A DNA stretch of 64,000 nucleotides from Candidatus Bathyarchaeota archaeon. Lineage in GTDB: Archaea; Thermoproteota; Bathyarchaeia; Bathyarchaeales; Bathycorpusculaceae. The stretch lies in contig CAVTBV010000013.1 in NCBI GenBank assembly GCA_963733095.1, positions 160,001 to 224,000 on the forward strand, given 5' to 3'. The translations under genes were made by a program, and so were the position numbers. The notes beneath the pieces are model-generated. The model made no database searches. It was not told where the DNA came from and saw only the letters and a list, made by a program, of their open reading frames with translations. Shown in pieces: positions 30,072 through 39,127 of this stretch. Position 1 is the stretch's first letter. Each line of letters begins with the position of its first letter.

Positions 30072-30950
30072 TTGATGAGCAGCCAAATATTCAGATTGCC
30101 AGATAAACGCCAGCTTGGATACGCAATGGAAGGCGAAGGCAAACCCGTTATCTATTTTCATGGCACCGCAAGCAGCCGACTTGAAATTCTTCTCTTAAAA
30201 GAATTCGCTTATGCAAACAAGTTCCAGTTGATTGGCATAGATCGACCCGGATATGGCTTATCCACTTATAGAGCCGAAATCGGTTTGTGCGACTTTGCCC
30301 AAGACGTCAGGGTGCTCACTGATTACTTGAAACTGCGCAGTTTTGCGATTTTGAGTTGGTCAGGCGGTGGACCCTTCGCATTAACTTATACTGCACTTTT
30401 TCCGGAGCAGGTAACTCACACAGTCGCTGTTGGTTCACCCGCCTTGCCCTTCGATACCTCAGAGGCACACAACGGCAATCTGCTCGCTAAAATCGCAATG
30501 AAAAACCGCTATTTTGCGACCTTAGGCCTTAAGTTCTTCCGAAAATCTATTCTCCAAGCAAATCAGAACATCGATGGGTACATGAATTCCCGTAGTGGCA
30601 AAAACATGGTTGCAGATTGGCCTAAACCTGATAGAAAATTCTTTTCAGATGCAGCTTGGCTAAAGAGGATGTATGCTGCGATGGCAGAGGGTTTTAGACA
30701 AGAGAGTAGTGTTAAAACGATATTCCAAGAGCATCAATTGTTCCTAAAGTCTTGGAACTCAAGTATAGGGCGGATTCCAATAGGGAAGCTGACTCTTTGG
30801 CAGGGCGTTCAAGACAAAACGTGTCCAGTTGACAATGCACAAAAAATCGCTAAAGTTGTCAAAGGTACACACGTTAAGATATTTCCAGGTGAAGGGCACT
30901 GCGTCATGTTCAGCCAAATACAAAAACTCGACACCGCCCTCACACTGTAG
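30072..30950 (+). CDS. Alpha/beta hydrolase
   Basis: FHGT, DRPGYG, SWSGGG, QGVQD, EGH. Confidence 0.9.
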   Translation: MMSSQIFRLPDKRQLGYAMEGEGKPVIYFHGTASSRLEILLLKEFAYANKFQLIGIDRPGYGLSTYRAEIGLCDFAQDVRVLTDYLKLRSFAILSWSGGGPFALTYTALFPEQVTHTVAVGSPALPFDTSEAHNGNLLAKIAMKNRYFATLGLKFFRKSILQANQNIDGYMNSRSGKNMVADWPKPDRKFFSDAAWLKRMYAAMAEGFRQESSVKTIFQEHQLFLKSWNSSIGRIPIGKLTLWQGVQDKTCPVDNAQKIAKVVKGTHVKIFPGEGHCVMFSQIQKLDTALTL

Positions 30951-31067
30951 CAATAACTTTCGCTTTTAACCATTATTAGTTTAAAGAAAAAAGGATTCAA
31001 GAAAACATGGAAATAGCCTGTATTATAAAAATACTCTCCATTTGTAATGGATGGATTTGTGTTAATT

Positions 31068-31244
31068 TGGTGGGGCCGGCCGGATTTGAACCGACGACCT
31101 TTACCCAACTCTGGCGCATAGTCCAAAGTTTACGGGTTTCTTCATGACCGCTCCGGAAATTCGTCATTCTCCTCGCGGAGTCAGCAAACCCGTGTGTGTT
31201 TGCTTTCTGGAGCCCGTCGTCATACCTGTCTAGACTACGACCCC
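31068..31244 (-). tRNA. tRNA-Trp(CCA) with two introns: 69 nt at 37/38 (31138-31206) and 31 nt at 43/44 (31101-31131)
   Basis: Removing both introns gives a 77-nt cloverleaf GGGGTCG...ACGGG-CTCCAGA-CCCGT-AGGTC-GTCGGTTCAAATCCGGC-CGGCCCC-ACCA. The second intron forms a BHB (helix ACCC/GGGT). Confidence 0.9.
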
Positions 31245-31337
31245 ACCGGTCCAGACACAAACCAAATAAGTTAACCCTCACGCATAAAAATATTTCATTA
31301 ACCCACTGTACTTTGAAACAAACTAAAGAAGGGCGAA

Positions 31338-31670
31338 TTATTTGACTGATACCAACTCAAATTTCTTGAGTTGTGAACCCGATTGCTTCATAACTTGTAG
31401 ACTGTGCCGAAGTTTAATGTCCTTCAATGACAACTCAGTTAACTGTCTCTCAAGCGCGCTGTTGAGTTCGGCAGTGAACACTTTGATAGTTGCACGGTAA
31501 ATCTTTGCTTTCTTTATCTTGTCCAAATCGAGCCCTATTTGGGCATCAAGACTAAGGGGGATTCCGTCATCTATGTTCTGTGCATCAACATTGCGATCTT
31601 GACGATTGACTTTCATAACCCGAATCCTTCTCTGGACAGTTTCAGCATACTTCCACTCAAGACCAGACAT
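31338..31670 (-). CDS. Hypothetical protein
   Basis: Protein-like ORF from MSGLEWKYAE; no recognised motif. Confidence 0.6.
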   Translation of the reverse strand: MSGLEWKYAETVQRRIRVMKVNRQDRNVDAQNIDDGIPLSLDAQIGLDLDKIKKAKIYRATIKVFTAELNSALERQLTELSLKDIKLRHSLQVMKQSGSQLKKFELVSVK

Positions 31671-32046
31671 GCGAATCAACACCATAAGCCTCACACTTGC
31701 ATTTTACCTTAACTGGACGCCTCTGCAACATCAGGTATGCCCCCTTCTGAGGAATCCAGCATTCAGTTTGAATGCGCTTTTTCGCTGTTATCCAGTTGAT
31801 TGGTTTAATTGTCAATCCTTTTTCCGTTAGGGTTTGGCGGGTTGGTTTGATAAGGGGAGCCAGTGTTTTCATTCGGGGGTTTATTCTTTGATCCAAAAGG
31901 AATTGGCCTATTTGGATGCTATTGGTGGTTTATCGCAGAAATCATGAGGTATAGGCCGTGTTGGAAATTTCCCCCGCGATAGCATGTTGAAAATCAAAGC
32001 TTATCGCTTGTTTCCACAAAGAGCCGGAAAATTGTTGGATGCTGTT

Positions 32047-33336
32047 TTATTCGTTGGGTTGTTTTGTCTTGCCCTTGCCGAACTTTAGCTTTGCGGTCAG
32101 TATCTTTTCCGTTGCAAACAGCCGTGACGCGATGTACATGATGACGACGGTGAAGATGGCGACGTAGACTATGCCGAAGATGACTGTTCCGTAGTCGCCC
32201 GTTACGACTGCTTTGGCTGCGAGGATAGGGTGGCTGTAGGGGATGGCGTAGAAGATTGCTTTGACTGCGAGAGGGAGTGTGTTGACGTCGAGGTAGATTA
32301 GTGCCATGGCAGGTAGAAAGATTAGTGGGTAGATGTAGCCGACGAGGGCTTGGGCGCCTCGGTCGTTTTCGCTGAAGGCAGACATAACCACTGCCAACGC
32401 CAGGGCAGAGAGAAGAGTGAAGAAGAGGCTAATGCCCAGCAATGCGTAGCCTCCTGCCGAAGGCACCAAGCCCAAAGCGACTAAATCCACGCTTCCACCT
32501 GAGCTGCCTGCGATTCCCGTCGACAGCGAACCAATCATATAGTTATAGCCTATCAAGACTGTGACTGCGGCGACGCCTGCAACGATGATTGTGCTTGAGA
32601 CTTTACCCATCAAAATCGCAAACCTATCCACCGGAGTTGTCAACAATGTTTCTAGTGTTTTTTCTTCTTTCTCCATTGCCACGCTGGTTGCAGCAATCTG
32701 CATAGCATAAGTCAACATAACCATGATAGTAATGGGCAAAGCAATCGACTGCGTCAACAACAAATTCGACAACACATTCACGCTAACGCCGTTGGTAATT
32801 TGGCCTTTGATGACGCTTGATTCAGAAACCGAAACCAAATCTGGCGCGACTGCCCGGTTGAATCCGTTGACCACGGCGGTTACGGTTGAGCCGCTGACGC
32901 CGCTGAATATGCCTCCTCCTCCGTTGAAAACGCCGTAGGTGTCCACGGTGCCGGTGATGTTCCATTCGCCAGCGTTGTGCCGCGTTAAATTTTCGCTGAA
33001 CCCCGCGGGAATAACCAAAAACGTGCTGCTGTTATAGTGGGATAAGAGTCCTTTGTCTACGACGGTTTGCGGAGAGGTGTTGTTGATGGTGTTAACGTTC
33101 ATGGTGCTGTCGAGGTAGCCCACGAAGATTTGACTCCAATTCCTGCAGTCGTTGTCGACCACCAGCAAGGTTGCCCTCTGTGCCTCGCTCTGCGCTGTCT
33201 GCACAGCAAAACCCATAACTAACCCGAGCACTGGGAACATGATTAGGGGCAAAACTATCATACCGATTAAGATTTTTGGGTCGCGCATTAGTTCTTTTAG
33301 TTCTTTGATGAGAATAGTTGTGAAGCCTTTAAGCAA
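32047..33336 (-). CDS. ABC transporter permease (NatB-like)
   Basis: KELKELMRD, EKEEKTLETLLTTPV...GK. Probable TTG start at 33336. Confidence 0.88.
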   Translation of the reverse strand: MLKGFTTILIKELKELMRDPKILIGMIVLPLIMFPVLGLVMGFAVQTAQSEAQRATLLVVDNDCRNWSQIFVGYLDSTMNVNTINNTSPQTVVDKGLLSHYNSSTFLVIPAGFSENLTRHNAGEWNITGTVDTYGVFNGGGGIFSGVSGSTVTAVVNGFNRAVAPDLVSVSESSVIKGQITNGVSVNVLSNLLLTQSIALPITIMVMLTYAMQIAATSVAMEKEEKTLETLLTTPVDRFAILMGKVSSTIIVAGVAAVTVLIGYNYMIGSLSTGIAGSSGGSVDLVALGLVPSAGGYALLGISLFFTLLSALALAVVMSAFSENDRGAQALVGYIYPLIFLPAMALIYLDVNTLPLAVKAIFYAIPYSHPILAAKAVVTGDYGTVIFGIVYVAIFTVVIMYIASRLFATEKILTAKLKFGKGKTKQPNE

Positions 33337-34060
33337 AGCCAACCACCTTCGCAAAAACCTCTTCCAAGTTTTCGCTGCTGTATTTTTCTTTGAGGGCTTT
33401 GGGTTCTCCTTCAACCACCAGCCTGCCCTTATGCACTAGCGCTACGCGGTTGCAGAGGTATTCGACTTCCAGCATGTTGTGGCTGCTGAGCAGAACCGTT
33501 ACACCGTGTTCGTTAACGTATCGTTTAATGATTTCACGAATATGATACGCATACAAAACATCCAAGCCACTTGCAGGTTCATCCAGCACCGCTAACTTAG
33601 GATGCGTCATCAACGATCGCGCCACGAGTAACCGTCGCTTCATGCCTTTGCTGTAGGTTTTCGCCTTATCTTTCAATCGCTCGTTGAGTCCGCAGATTTC
33701 TGCACCTTCATCTACTGTGGCTTTGAGGTTGGTTTGCGGGGTGCTCTGGAGCTTCGCCATAAAAGTAAGGTATTCTAAACCCGTAAGGTTTGGGTAAGCA
33801 CCCGATTCCTCGGGTAAATAACTGATGATTTGCCTTGTTTTTTCGGGGTGGATGGTTGCATCTTGCCCAAAAATCTTTATTGTGCCCGAGGTCGGTTTGA
33901 TTAATGTGCAGATTGTTCGCAGAGTGGTTGTTTTTCCTGCGCCGTTGGGTCCGATTAACCCATAGATTTCCCCAGGTTTAATGTTAAAACTTACACCATC
34001 AAGGGCTCTTACTTGACCAAACTTCTTGGTTAGTGATACTGCTTCAACAGCTAAACTCAA
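33329..34060 (-). CDS. ABC transporter ATP-binding protein (NatA-like)
   Basis: GPNGAGKTT, YSKGMKRR, LDEP. Confidence 0.95.
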   Translation of the reverse strand: MSLAVEAVSLTKKFGQVRALDGVSFNIKPGEIYGLIGPNGAGKTTTLRTICTLIKPTSGTIKIFGQDATIHPEKTRQIISYLPEESGAYPNLTGLEYLTFMAKLQSTPQTNLKATVDEGAEICGLNERLKDKAKTYSKGMKRRLLVARSLMTHPKLAVLDEPASGLDVLYAYHIREIIKRYVNEHGVTVLLSSHNMLEVEYLCNRVALVHKGRLVVEGEPKALKEKYSSENLEEVFAKVVGFA

Positions 34061-34163
34061 AGTGCCCCGCTCTCTTGGTTGTTAGACTAGCAATTCTTAT
34101 TTAAGTTTTAACCAGCCGCCCAAAAAGTGAGAAAGGAAAAAAGGGTCTTTTCCTTTTTGATGT

Positions 34164-35393
34164 TTATTTGCAGTCAGTGCTTTCTGGCAGAATCCGCAGC
34201 ACGCGAAGGATTTTCATGAATTCTTCCTCTTTAAGCGATGCTCGGCGACCACTGGCGTACATGTCTTTGACTGTATCTACGACTGCGGCGACGGTTAGGT
34301 CATCCGGAACATTTCCCGATAGTTCGGTGATTTTGTGTTTGATTATGCCTTTTCCGGATTGTTTGCCTATGGTTAAGCGTCTTGTGTTGCCAACTAGTTC
34401 CGGTGGGTAAGGCTCATAGGTCCATGGGTCGTTGAGCACGCCATGAGTGTGGATGCCTGATTCGTGCGCAAAACCGTAGTCGCCAACGATTGCCTTGTTA
34501 GGTGGAACTGTGTAGCCTGTGGCTTCGCCAATGTAATCTGCAGTTAGTTTCAGCTTTTCCGTTTTGCCCATGTACTTCTCGACACCATAATGCAAGTACA
34601 AATTCAACAGAACCTTTTCAGTTTCAGCGTTGCCTGCACGTTCACCAATTCCAAGGTAAGTGGTGCTGGCGTACACTTTATCCCAAACACCTGAAGCTGC
34701 TTTAATCGCCGCCATCGAGTTCTCAACAGCGTTGCCAAAGTCGTCGTGCGCATGAATCTCTATAGAGCCTATTCGAGTTTCCTTCTTGGTGGCTACTACT
34801 TTTGCTGGAATGCCATGGGGTAAAGGCGCGTTAGGATCTGATAATCCAATGCCGACGGTGTCGCATATTCGATAACATTCTGCACCTGCATCGGCTATCG
34901 CATTGATGAATCGTTTTTCAAAGTCCCAGTCTGCGCGGGTGCTGTCTTCACCGTGAACGAAAGTTCTCAGCCCACAAGTTTTAGCTGCATATTCGGTCAC
35001 GTCAACGACGTTGGCTAAGATTTGTTCTTGGGTTTTCTCTGGCCATTTAGCCTTGAAATGTATGTCTGAAACAGGGTGTGATATGCCGACTTCTTTTAGC
35101 CCACATGCAACGGCGCTGTCGATGTCTTCTTTGACCGCTCGGCACCAACCAGCAACTCGCAAATCAAGGTTTAAGTCCCCGATTAGTTTGGCTGCTTTTT
35201 TGTCTGGTTCCTGATAGTGGAATAGTTCGATTCGTTCGACGCCTACTTCATTGAGCATTCGGGCGATTTTTGCTGCGTCTTTGGGTCCAACTGCTAACCC
35301 CGGCATTTGGATGCCGTCACGGAGGGTAGTGTCGTCTATGATGGGTTCGGTTTTTAGGGGCTTGAGTTTGAAATAGAAGTCTTTTATGTCCAT
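34164..35393 (-). CDS. DRE-TIM metallolyase (homocitrate/isopropylmalate/Re-citrate synthase family)
   Basis: DDTTLRDGIQ, HAHDDFG, GIGERAGNA, HESGIH. Confidence 0.88.
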   Translation of the reverse strand: MDIKDFYFKLKPLKTEPIIDDTTLRDGIQMPGLAVGPKDAAKIARMLNEVGVERIELFHYQEPDKKAAKLIGDLNLDLRVAGWCRAVKEDIDSAVACGLKEVGISHPVSDIHFKAKWPEKTQEQILANVVDVTEYAAKTCGLRTFVHGEDSTRADWDFEKRFINAIADAGAECYRICDTVGIGLSDPNAPLPHGIPAKVVATKKETRIGSIEIHAHDDFGNAVENSMAAIKAASGVWDKVYASTTYLGIGERAGNAETEKVLLNLYLHYGVEKYMGKTEKLKLTADYIGEATGYTVPPNKAIVGDYGFAHESGIHTHGVLNDPWTYEPYPPELVGNTRRLTIGKQSGKGIIKHKITELSGNVPDDLTVAAVVDTVKDMYASGRRASLKEEEFMKILRVLRILPESTDCK

Positions 35394-35575
35394 TTTTTAT
35401 GCTCTCTTGTCTGGTTTTGCGTTTCTAAAACGCATATTAGTAATGCTAAATAACGCTTATGCGTAATTGATAAACGTTTCTGCACTATTTATGTAAGTTT
35501 GTCCAAAAGAATACGAGACTTAAATTCAAAATGTCTTGTCTTAATGTAAACAAAACCTTTACATTCAAAACAAAA

Positions 35576-35890
35576 TTAGCCAACATTCGTGTACAGCGCC
35601 TTAAGCGTCCCCGAAACAGCCAAAACATGCAACGACGCAACCTTACCCGCTACCGCCGTCACCGTAGCCAACGAAGCCCTCACCATAGGAAAAGACACAA
35701 GCGAAGTGCGAACCACAAAAATCTTGCGTTCCCCATCAAAATTAATCAAAGCCAATCCCGCAAAACTCGCCCCAACCTCACCATACAACTTGGTAACCGC
35801 AGCCCAGACCGCATCCATAAACTCGCGTTCAGACGGCAAATCTTCACAATCCAATTGCAGGGCAAGGTAACGACGTTTAACTCGTTTCAA
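35576..35890 (-). CDS. rnp2: RNase P protein Pop5/Rpp14
   Basis: KRRYLAL...LYGEVG...VSGTLKAL. Confidence 0.9.
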   Translation of the reverse strand: MKRVKRRYLALQLDCEDLPSEREFMDAVWAAVTKLYGEVGASFAGLALINFDGERKIFVVRTSLVSFPMVRASLATVTAVAGKVASLHVLAVSGTLKALYTNVG

Positions 35891-36621
35891 ACGTTGTTCC
35901 CCTCCTTAACAACGCTGATGCCCGGCGCAATGAACCTTGAACTGAGCTTCTCTCGGTTACGCAGAACAATTGAGGTAGGATTCGTTGAAACCGCATCTAA
36001 AGCCTGTGATTCATCCATCCCAAATAGGTAACCTAAACTCGCTAAATCCCGCGGCATACGCATCAAACTCTCCTCGCCAACACCGCTCGAAACAACAACA
36101 GGCACATGGAATTCAAGCGCAACTGCCACTTCACGTCGCAAACTCGAAAGTAACCTAACCCGGGGCGGACCTTCCATAACAAGCAAGGATTTAACATCAA
36201 TCTCCAAACCTGCTAAACTGCAGCTGGCAAGTTCCGCTTCGGCACGGTCAAAAAATCGTTTATGATAATCAAGACTTGGAAAACTGAGCAAGTCCACGCG
36301 TCTGTCTTTGGCAGCTTGCCGCGCTACCTCCTTGTTGTCGCAAACTATGCATATAACTTCGAATTGGCGCCTGAACTTCCGGAGAAAACGCATGAGGTCT
36401 TCTTGGGTTCGTGGCTTAAAATCTGCTCGCAATACAAAATCTATACTTGCCTGAGTGCCAGCCGCCCTGAAGGATGATACTTCAGATTGCTGTATACCAT
36501 TGGCGAACGGTATACTAATGTAGTAGTAACCCATTCGGGCTGCTTTGGTGATTAGCTGTTGGGCAGTTTGTTGGTCTTTGGGGTTTATGCGCAGATGTAA
36601 ATCAGCGAAGGCTCGGGTCAT
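35887..36621 (-). CDS. rnp3: RNase P protein Rpp30
   Basis: FADLH, RQAAKDRRVDLL, MRMPRDL. Confidence 0.9.
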   Translation of the reverse strand: MTRAFADLHLRINPKDQQTAQQLITKAARMGYYYISIPFANGIQQSEVSSFRAAGTQASIDFVLRADFKPRTQEDLMRFLRKFRRQFEVICIVCDNKEVARQAAKDRRVDLLSFPSLDYHKRFFDRAEAELASCSLAGLEIDVKSLLVMEGPPRVRLLSSLRREVAVALEFHVPVVVSSGVGEESLMRMPRDLASLGYLFGMDESQALDAVSTNPTSIVLRNREKLSSRFIAPGISVVKEGNNV

Positions 36622-37064
36622 GGTAGCAACCCAGCTTGCCTTGAAAACTCTGTTATTTCCTGTACCGTCTTGTTTTTGAAGTGGATTTTTATGTGAATAG
36701 AGTCATTTTGAGATATCCTTGCTGTGCCCAAAAAAGCGGATTGCTTGTCGAACCTTAGGTAAAGGTTGCCTTTTTCAAGGTGCAGTTTGATCTCGCTGTT
36801 TAGTTCTTCCTTATCAAGCGTACCTAGATCTTTTCCGATTTTCTCCACTGCGGTTGGGAGTAGTTTTTTGTCCATTAATTTAGCAGTGAAAAGAATGATG
36901 GGGTTCCCGTGGTGTCCCGTGCATGCCGTTTTTTCGAAAACAAGGGTTTGGGCCAGTTCTTCTGGCAACAAATTTTGTACGGAGGTTTGAACTTTGGCGG
37001 GGTCTTCAGTTGCGTGAGCGAAGACGCGGATATCTATGTAGGCTATTGGCGGTTTAGTAGACAT
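36618..37064 (-). CDS. Predicted RNA-binding protein (DUF54/COG1325)
   Basis: HATED, GHHGNPI, YLRFDKQ. Confidence 0.9.
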   Translation of the reverse strand: MSTKPPIAYIDIRVFAHATEDPAKVQTSVQNLLPEELAQTLVFEKTACTGHHGNPIILFTAKLMDKKLLPTAVEKIGKDLGTLDKEELNSEIKLHLEKGNLYLRFDKQSAFLGTARISQNDSIHIKIHFKNKTVQEITEFSRQAGLLP

Positions 37065-37097
37065 TGGACACCGGGTTTGATTGAGGGTTTGTGGCTT

Positions 37098-37337
37098 TTA
37101 GCTTTTCTGTTTGAACACTGGCTTGGGCTTTGATGTTTTTGGCGTTGTTTTTGCGTGTGCTTTTATGCAGTCGACGTTTTCTTGGTGTGTGGATTTGCGT
37201 TTAACGTCGATGCGTAGGCCAAGTTGTTTGGCTTGCTGTTTGTTTACGCCTGCTTCTTTGAGTTCATTTGGGCTAAAGCCTTGACCGACGCTTTGTCGAC
37301 CGTTCTGTTTGGTGATGACGATTTTTAAGTGGTGCAT
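37098..37337 (-). CDS. rpl13e: Ribosomal protein L13e (short archaeal form)
   Basis: GQGFSPNELKEAG...IDVKRKSTHQEN. Confidence 0.85.
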   Translation of the reverse strand: MHHLKIVITKQNGRQSVGQGFSPNELKEAGVNKQQAKQLGLRIDVKRKSTHQENVDCIKAHAKTTPKTSKPKPVFKQKS

Positions 37338-37341
37338 TTAC

Positions 37342-37950
37342 TTATTTTCCTCCTTTCTTTTGGTGGTCGCCGTGGCGTCCTGTGTTGCCGATTCTGCGGC
37401 TTGGGCGAGCTTTTTCTGAGCCTCTGCCGCGGTGGTGGAGTCCTCGGACGTTTTTGCCTGCGCTGGTCATGCTGCGGAAGACTCTGCTGGTGTGCTGTGG
37501 TTCTGTTACCCAGCTGACATCTTTGTCTGTTTTGATTGTTGGTGCGTTGGGGTCGAGGAGGATGATTTCGAACCATTTGTGTTTGCCATCTTCGCCTACC
37601 CAGTAGCTGTTTAAGACTTCCAGGTTGGGGAAGTGTTTGGCGGTTCGTTCTTCAGCTATAAGTCGGATGCTTTTTCCTGGTTTAAATTTGGCGACACCCA
37701 TACGTTTGGGTCGTCGTCCTGATCGTGGACGTAGTTTTCTTAATCCGCCTCTGCGGACTTTTGTTCGGGCAACTACGAAGCCTTGTTTTGCTTTGTAGCC
37801 GAGTTTTCTTGCGCGGTCGAGTCTTGTAGGGTGCTCGATGCGTAGTACAGTTGGTTGTTTGCGCCACTGCACTAAGCGTTGGCGCATAAGTTCTTCAACG
37901 AAGCTTTTTTCGGGCTGAGCCCATTCTTCTGCAATATATTTGTATGCCAT
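37342..37950 (-). CDS. rpl15e: Ribosomal protein L15e
   Basis: PTRLDRARKLGYKAKQG, VLNSYWVGEDG. Confidence 0.97.
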   Translation of the reverse strand: MAYKYIAEEWAQPEKSFVEELMRQRLVQWRKQPTVLRIEHPTRLDRARKLGYKAKQGFVVARTKVRRGGLRKLRPRSGRRPKRMGVAKFKPGKSIRLIAEERTAKHFPNLEVLNSYWVGEDGKHKWFEIILLDPNAPTIKTDKDVSWVTEPQHTSRVFRSMTSAGKNVRGLHHRGRGSEKARPSRRIGNTGRHGDHQKKGGK

Positions 37951-37982
37951 CTAAATTTTTTCTCCTGTGTATTGTTTGCTTA

Positions 37983-38030
37983 CGGTTCAGTCCCAAAGGA
38001 CCACATCCCAACGGACTATGTTTGTCCGCC
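37983..38030 (-). promoter_or_regulatory. Structured 5' leader of rpl15e (candidate r-leader)
   Basis: Hairpins GGCGGAC-AAACATA-GTCCGTT and GTCC-TTTG-GGAC followed by TGAACC, just upstream of the start. Confidence 0.5.
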
Positions 38031-38245
38031 TGCAATTTCACATCATAGTGCCCTGCCATGAAATAAACCTTTCCAGCGGAACAGTTGGTTCAAGTGTATT
38101 TTTTTTGTTGTCTTGCTCTTCTTTTTTTTGAGGTGATTAAGAATTTAGTAATTATGGAATTTGATGTATTGAATGATGAAGCACGACTTATATTGAATAA
38201 TCTGATGCCGTAGTTATATTGAAGCTGAAACAAAATGCCAGAAAA

Positions 38246-38941
38246 TTACTCGAGTATTATTCTCGCATCAACTGTCTTTGCGCCTTTTGGATAAGCCATT
38301 ACAGGGTTTAGGTCCAGTTCCTTGATTTCTGGATTATCCATGACAAGCCGCGAAACAGAACAGAGTATGCTTGCCAGGGCTTCAATGTCTGCTGGTGGTG
38401 AGTTCCTGTACCCATTCAACAATGGGAAAGCTTTGAGCTGGGTAATCATTTCTTTGGCGTCTTCCGCGGCTAAGGGTGCAACACGGAAGTTTACATCTTT
38501 TAATAATTCGACGAATATACCGCCGACCCCAAACATTACTGTTTGCCCGAACTGGGGGTCTTTGATTGCGCCCACGATGACTTCGGTTGATTGCGGAGCC
38601 ATCTCCTGAACCAAAATGCCGACAATCTTTGCATCCATCTTGTATTTGGTGACGTTTTCTATTATTTTTTTGTAGCCGCTTGCGACGTCGGCTGCGTTTT
38701 TGAGGTTAACCATGACTCCTCCTGCTTCTGTCTTGTGGATGATGTCTGGGGAGACGATTTTTAGTACGATGGGGTAGCCGATTTGGTCGGCTTGGGTTGA
38801 GGCTTCTTTCTCGTTTTTTGCGAGATTAAACTTTGTGACTGGGATTCCGTATTCGGTGCAGATAGTTTTGGCTTCGGTTTCTAGGAGTGCTTTTCGTCCT
38901 TCTTTTTTGGCTTGGTTGATGATTTTTGCGGTTTGGTTCAA
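38246..38941 (-). CDS. ADP-forming acyl-CoA synthetase beta subunit (ATP-grasp)
   Basis: LKIVSPDIIHKTEAGGV, DPQFG, ELDLNP. Confidence 0.92.
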   Translation of the reverse strand: MNQTAKIINQAKKEGRKALLETEAKTICTEYGIPVTKFNLAKNEKEASTQADQIGYPIVLKIVSPDIIHKTEAGGVMVNLKNAADVASGYKKIIENVTKYKMDAKIVGILVQEMAPQSTEVIVGAIKDPQFGQTVMFGVGGIFVELLKDVNFRVAPLAAEDAKEMITQLKAFPLLNGYRNSPPADIEALASILCSVSRLVMDNPEIKELDLNPVMAYPKGAKTVDARIILE

Positions 38942-39127
38942 TTGTATTCTTCCTTGGCGTATTGGTGTATGTCATGCTTCGAGGGTTAAAAATCGTTTTG
39001 TTCTTTGTTGGGTTTTTGGTTGGTTGTATAGTTGTTGGACAGATTTACAATACTGTGTAGTGAGACATAATACTTAATAGGATTGTGCACTCCAAATAGT
39101 TTTCAAAGAGAGCAAAGAGACTTACAA

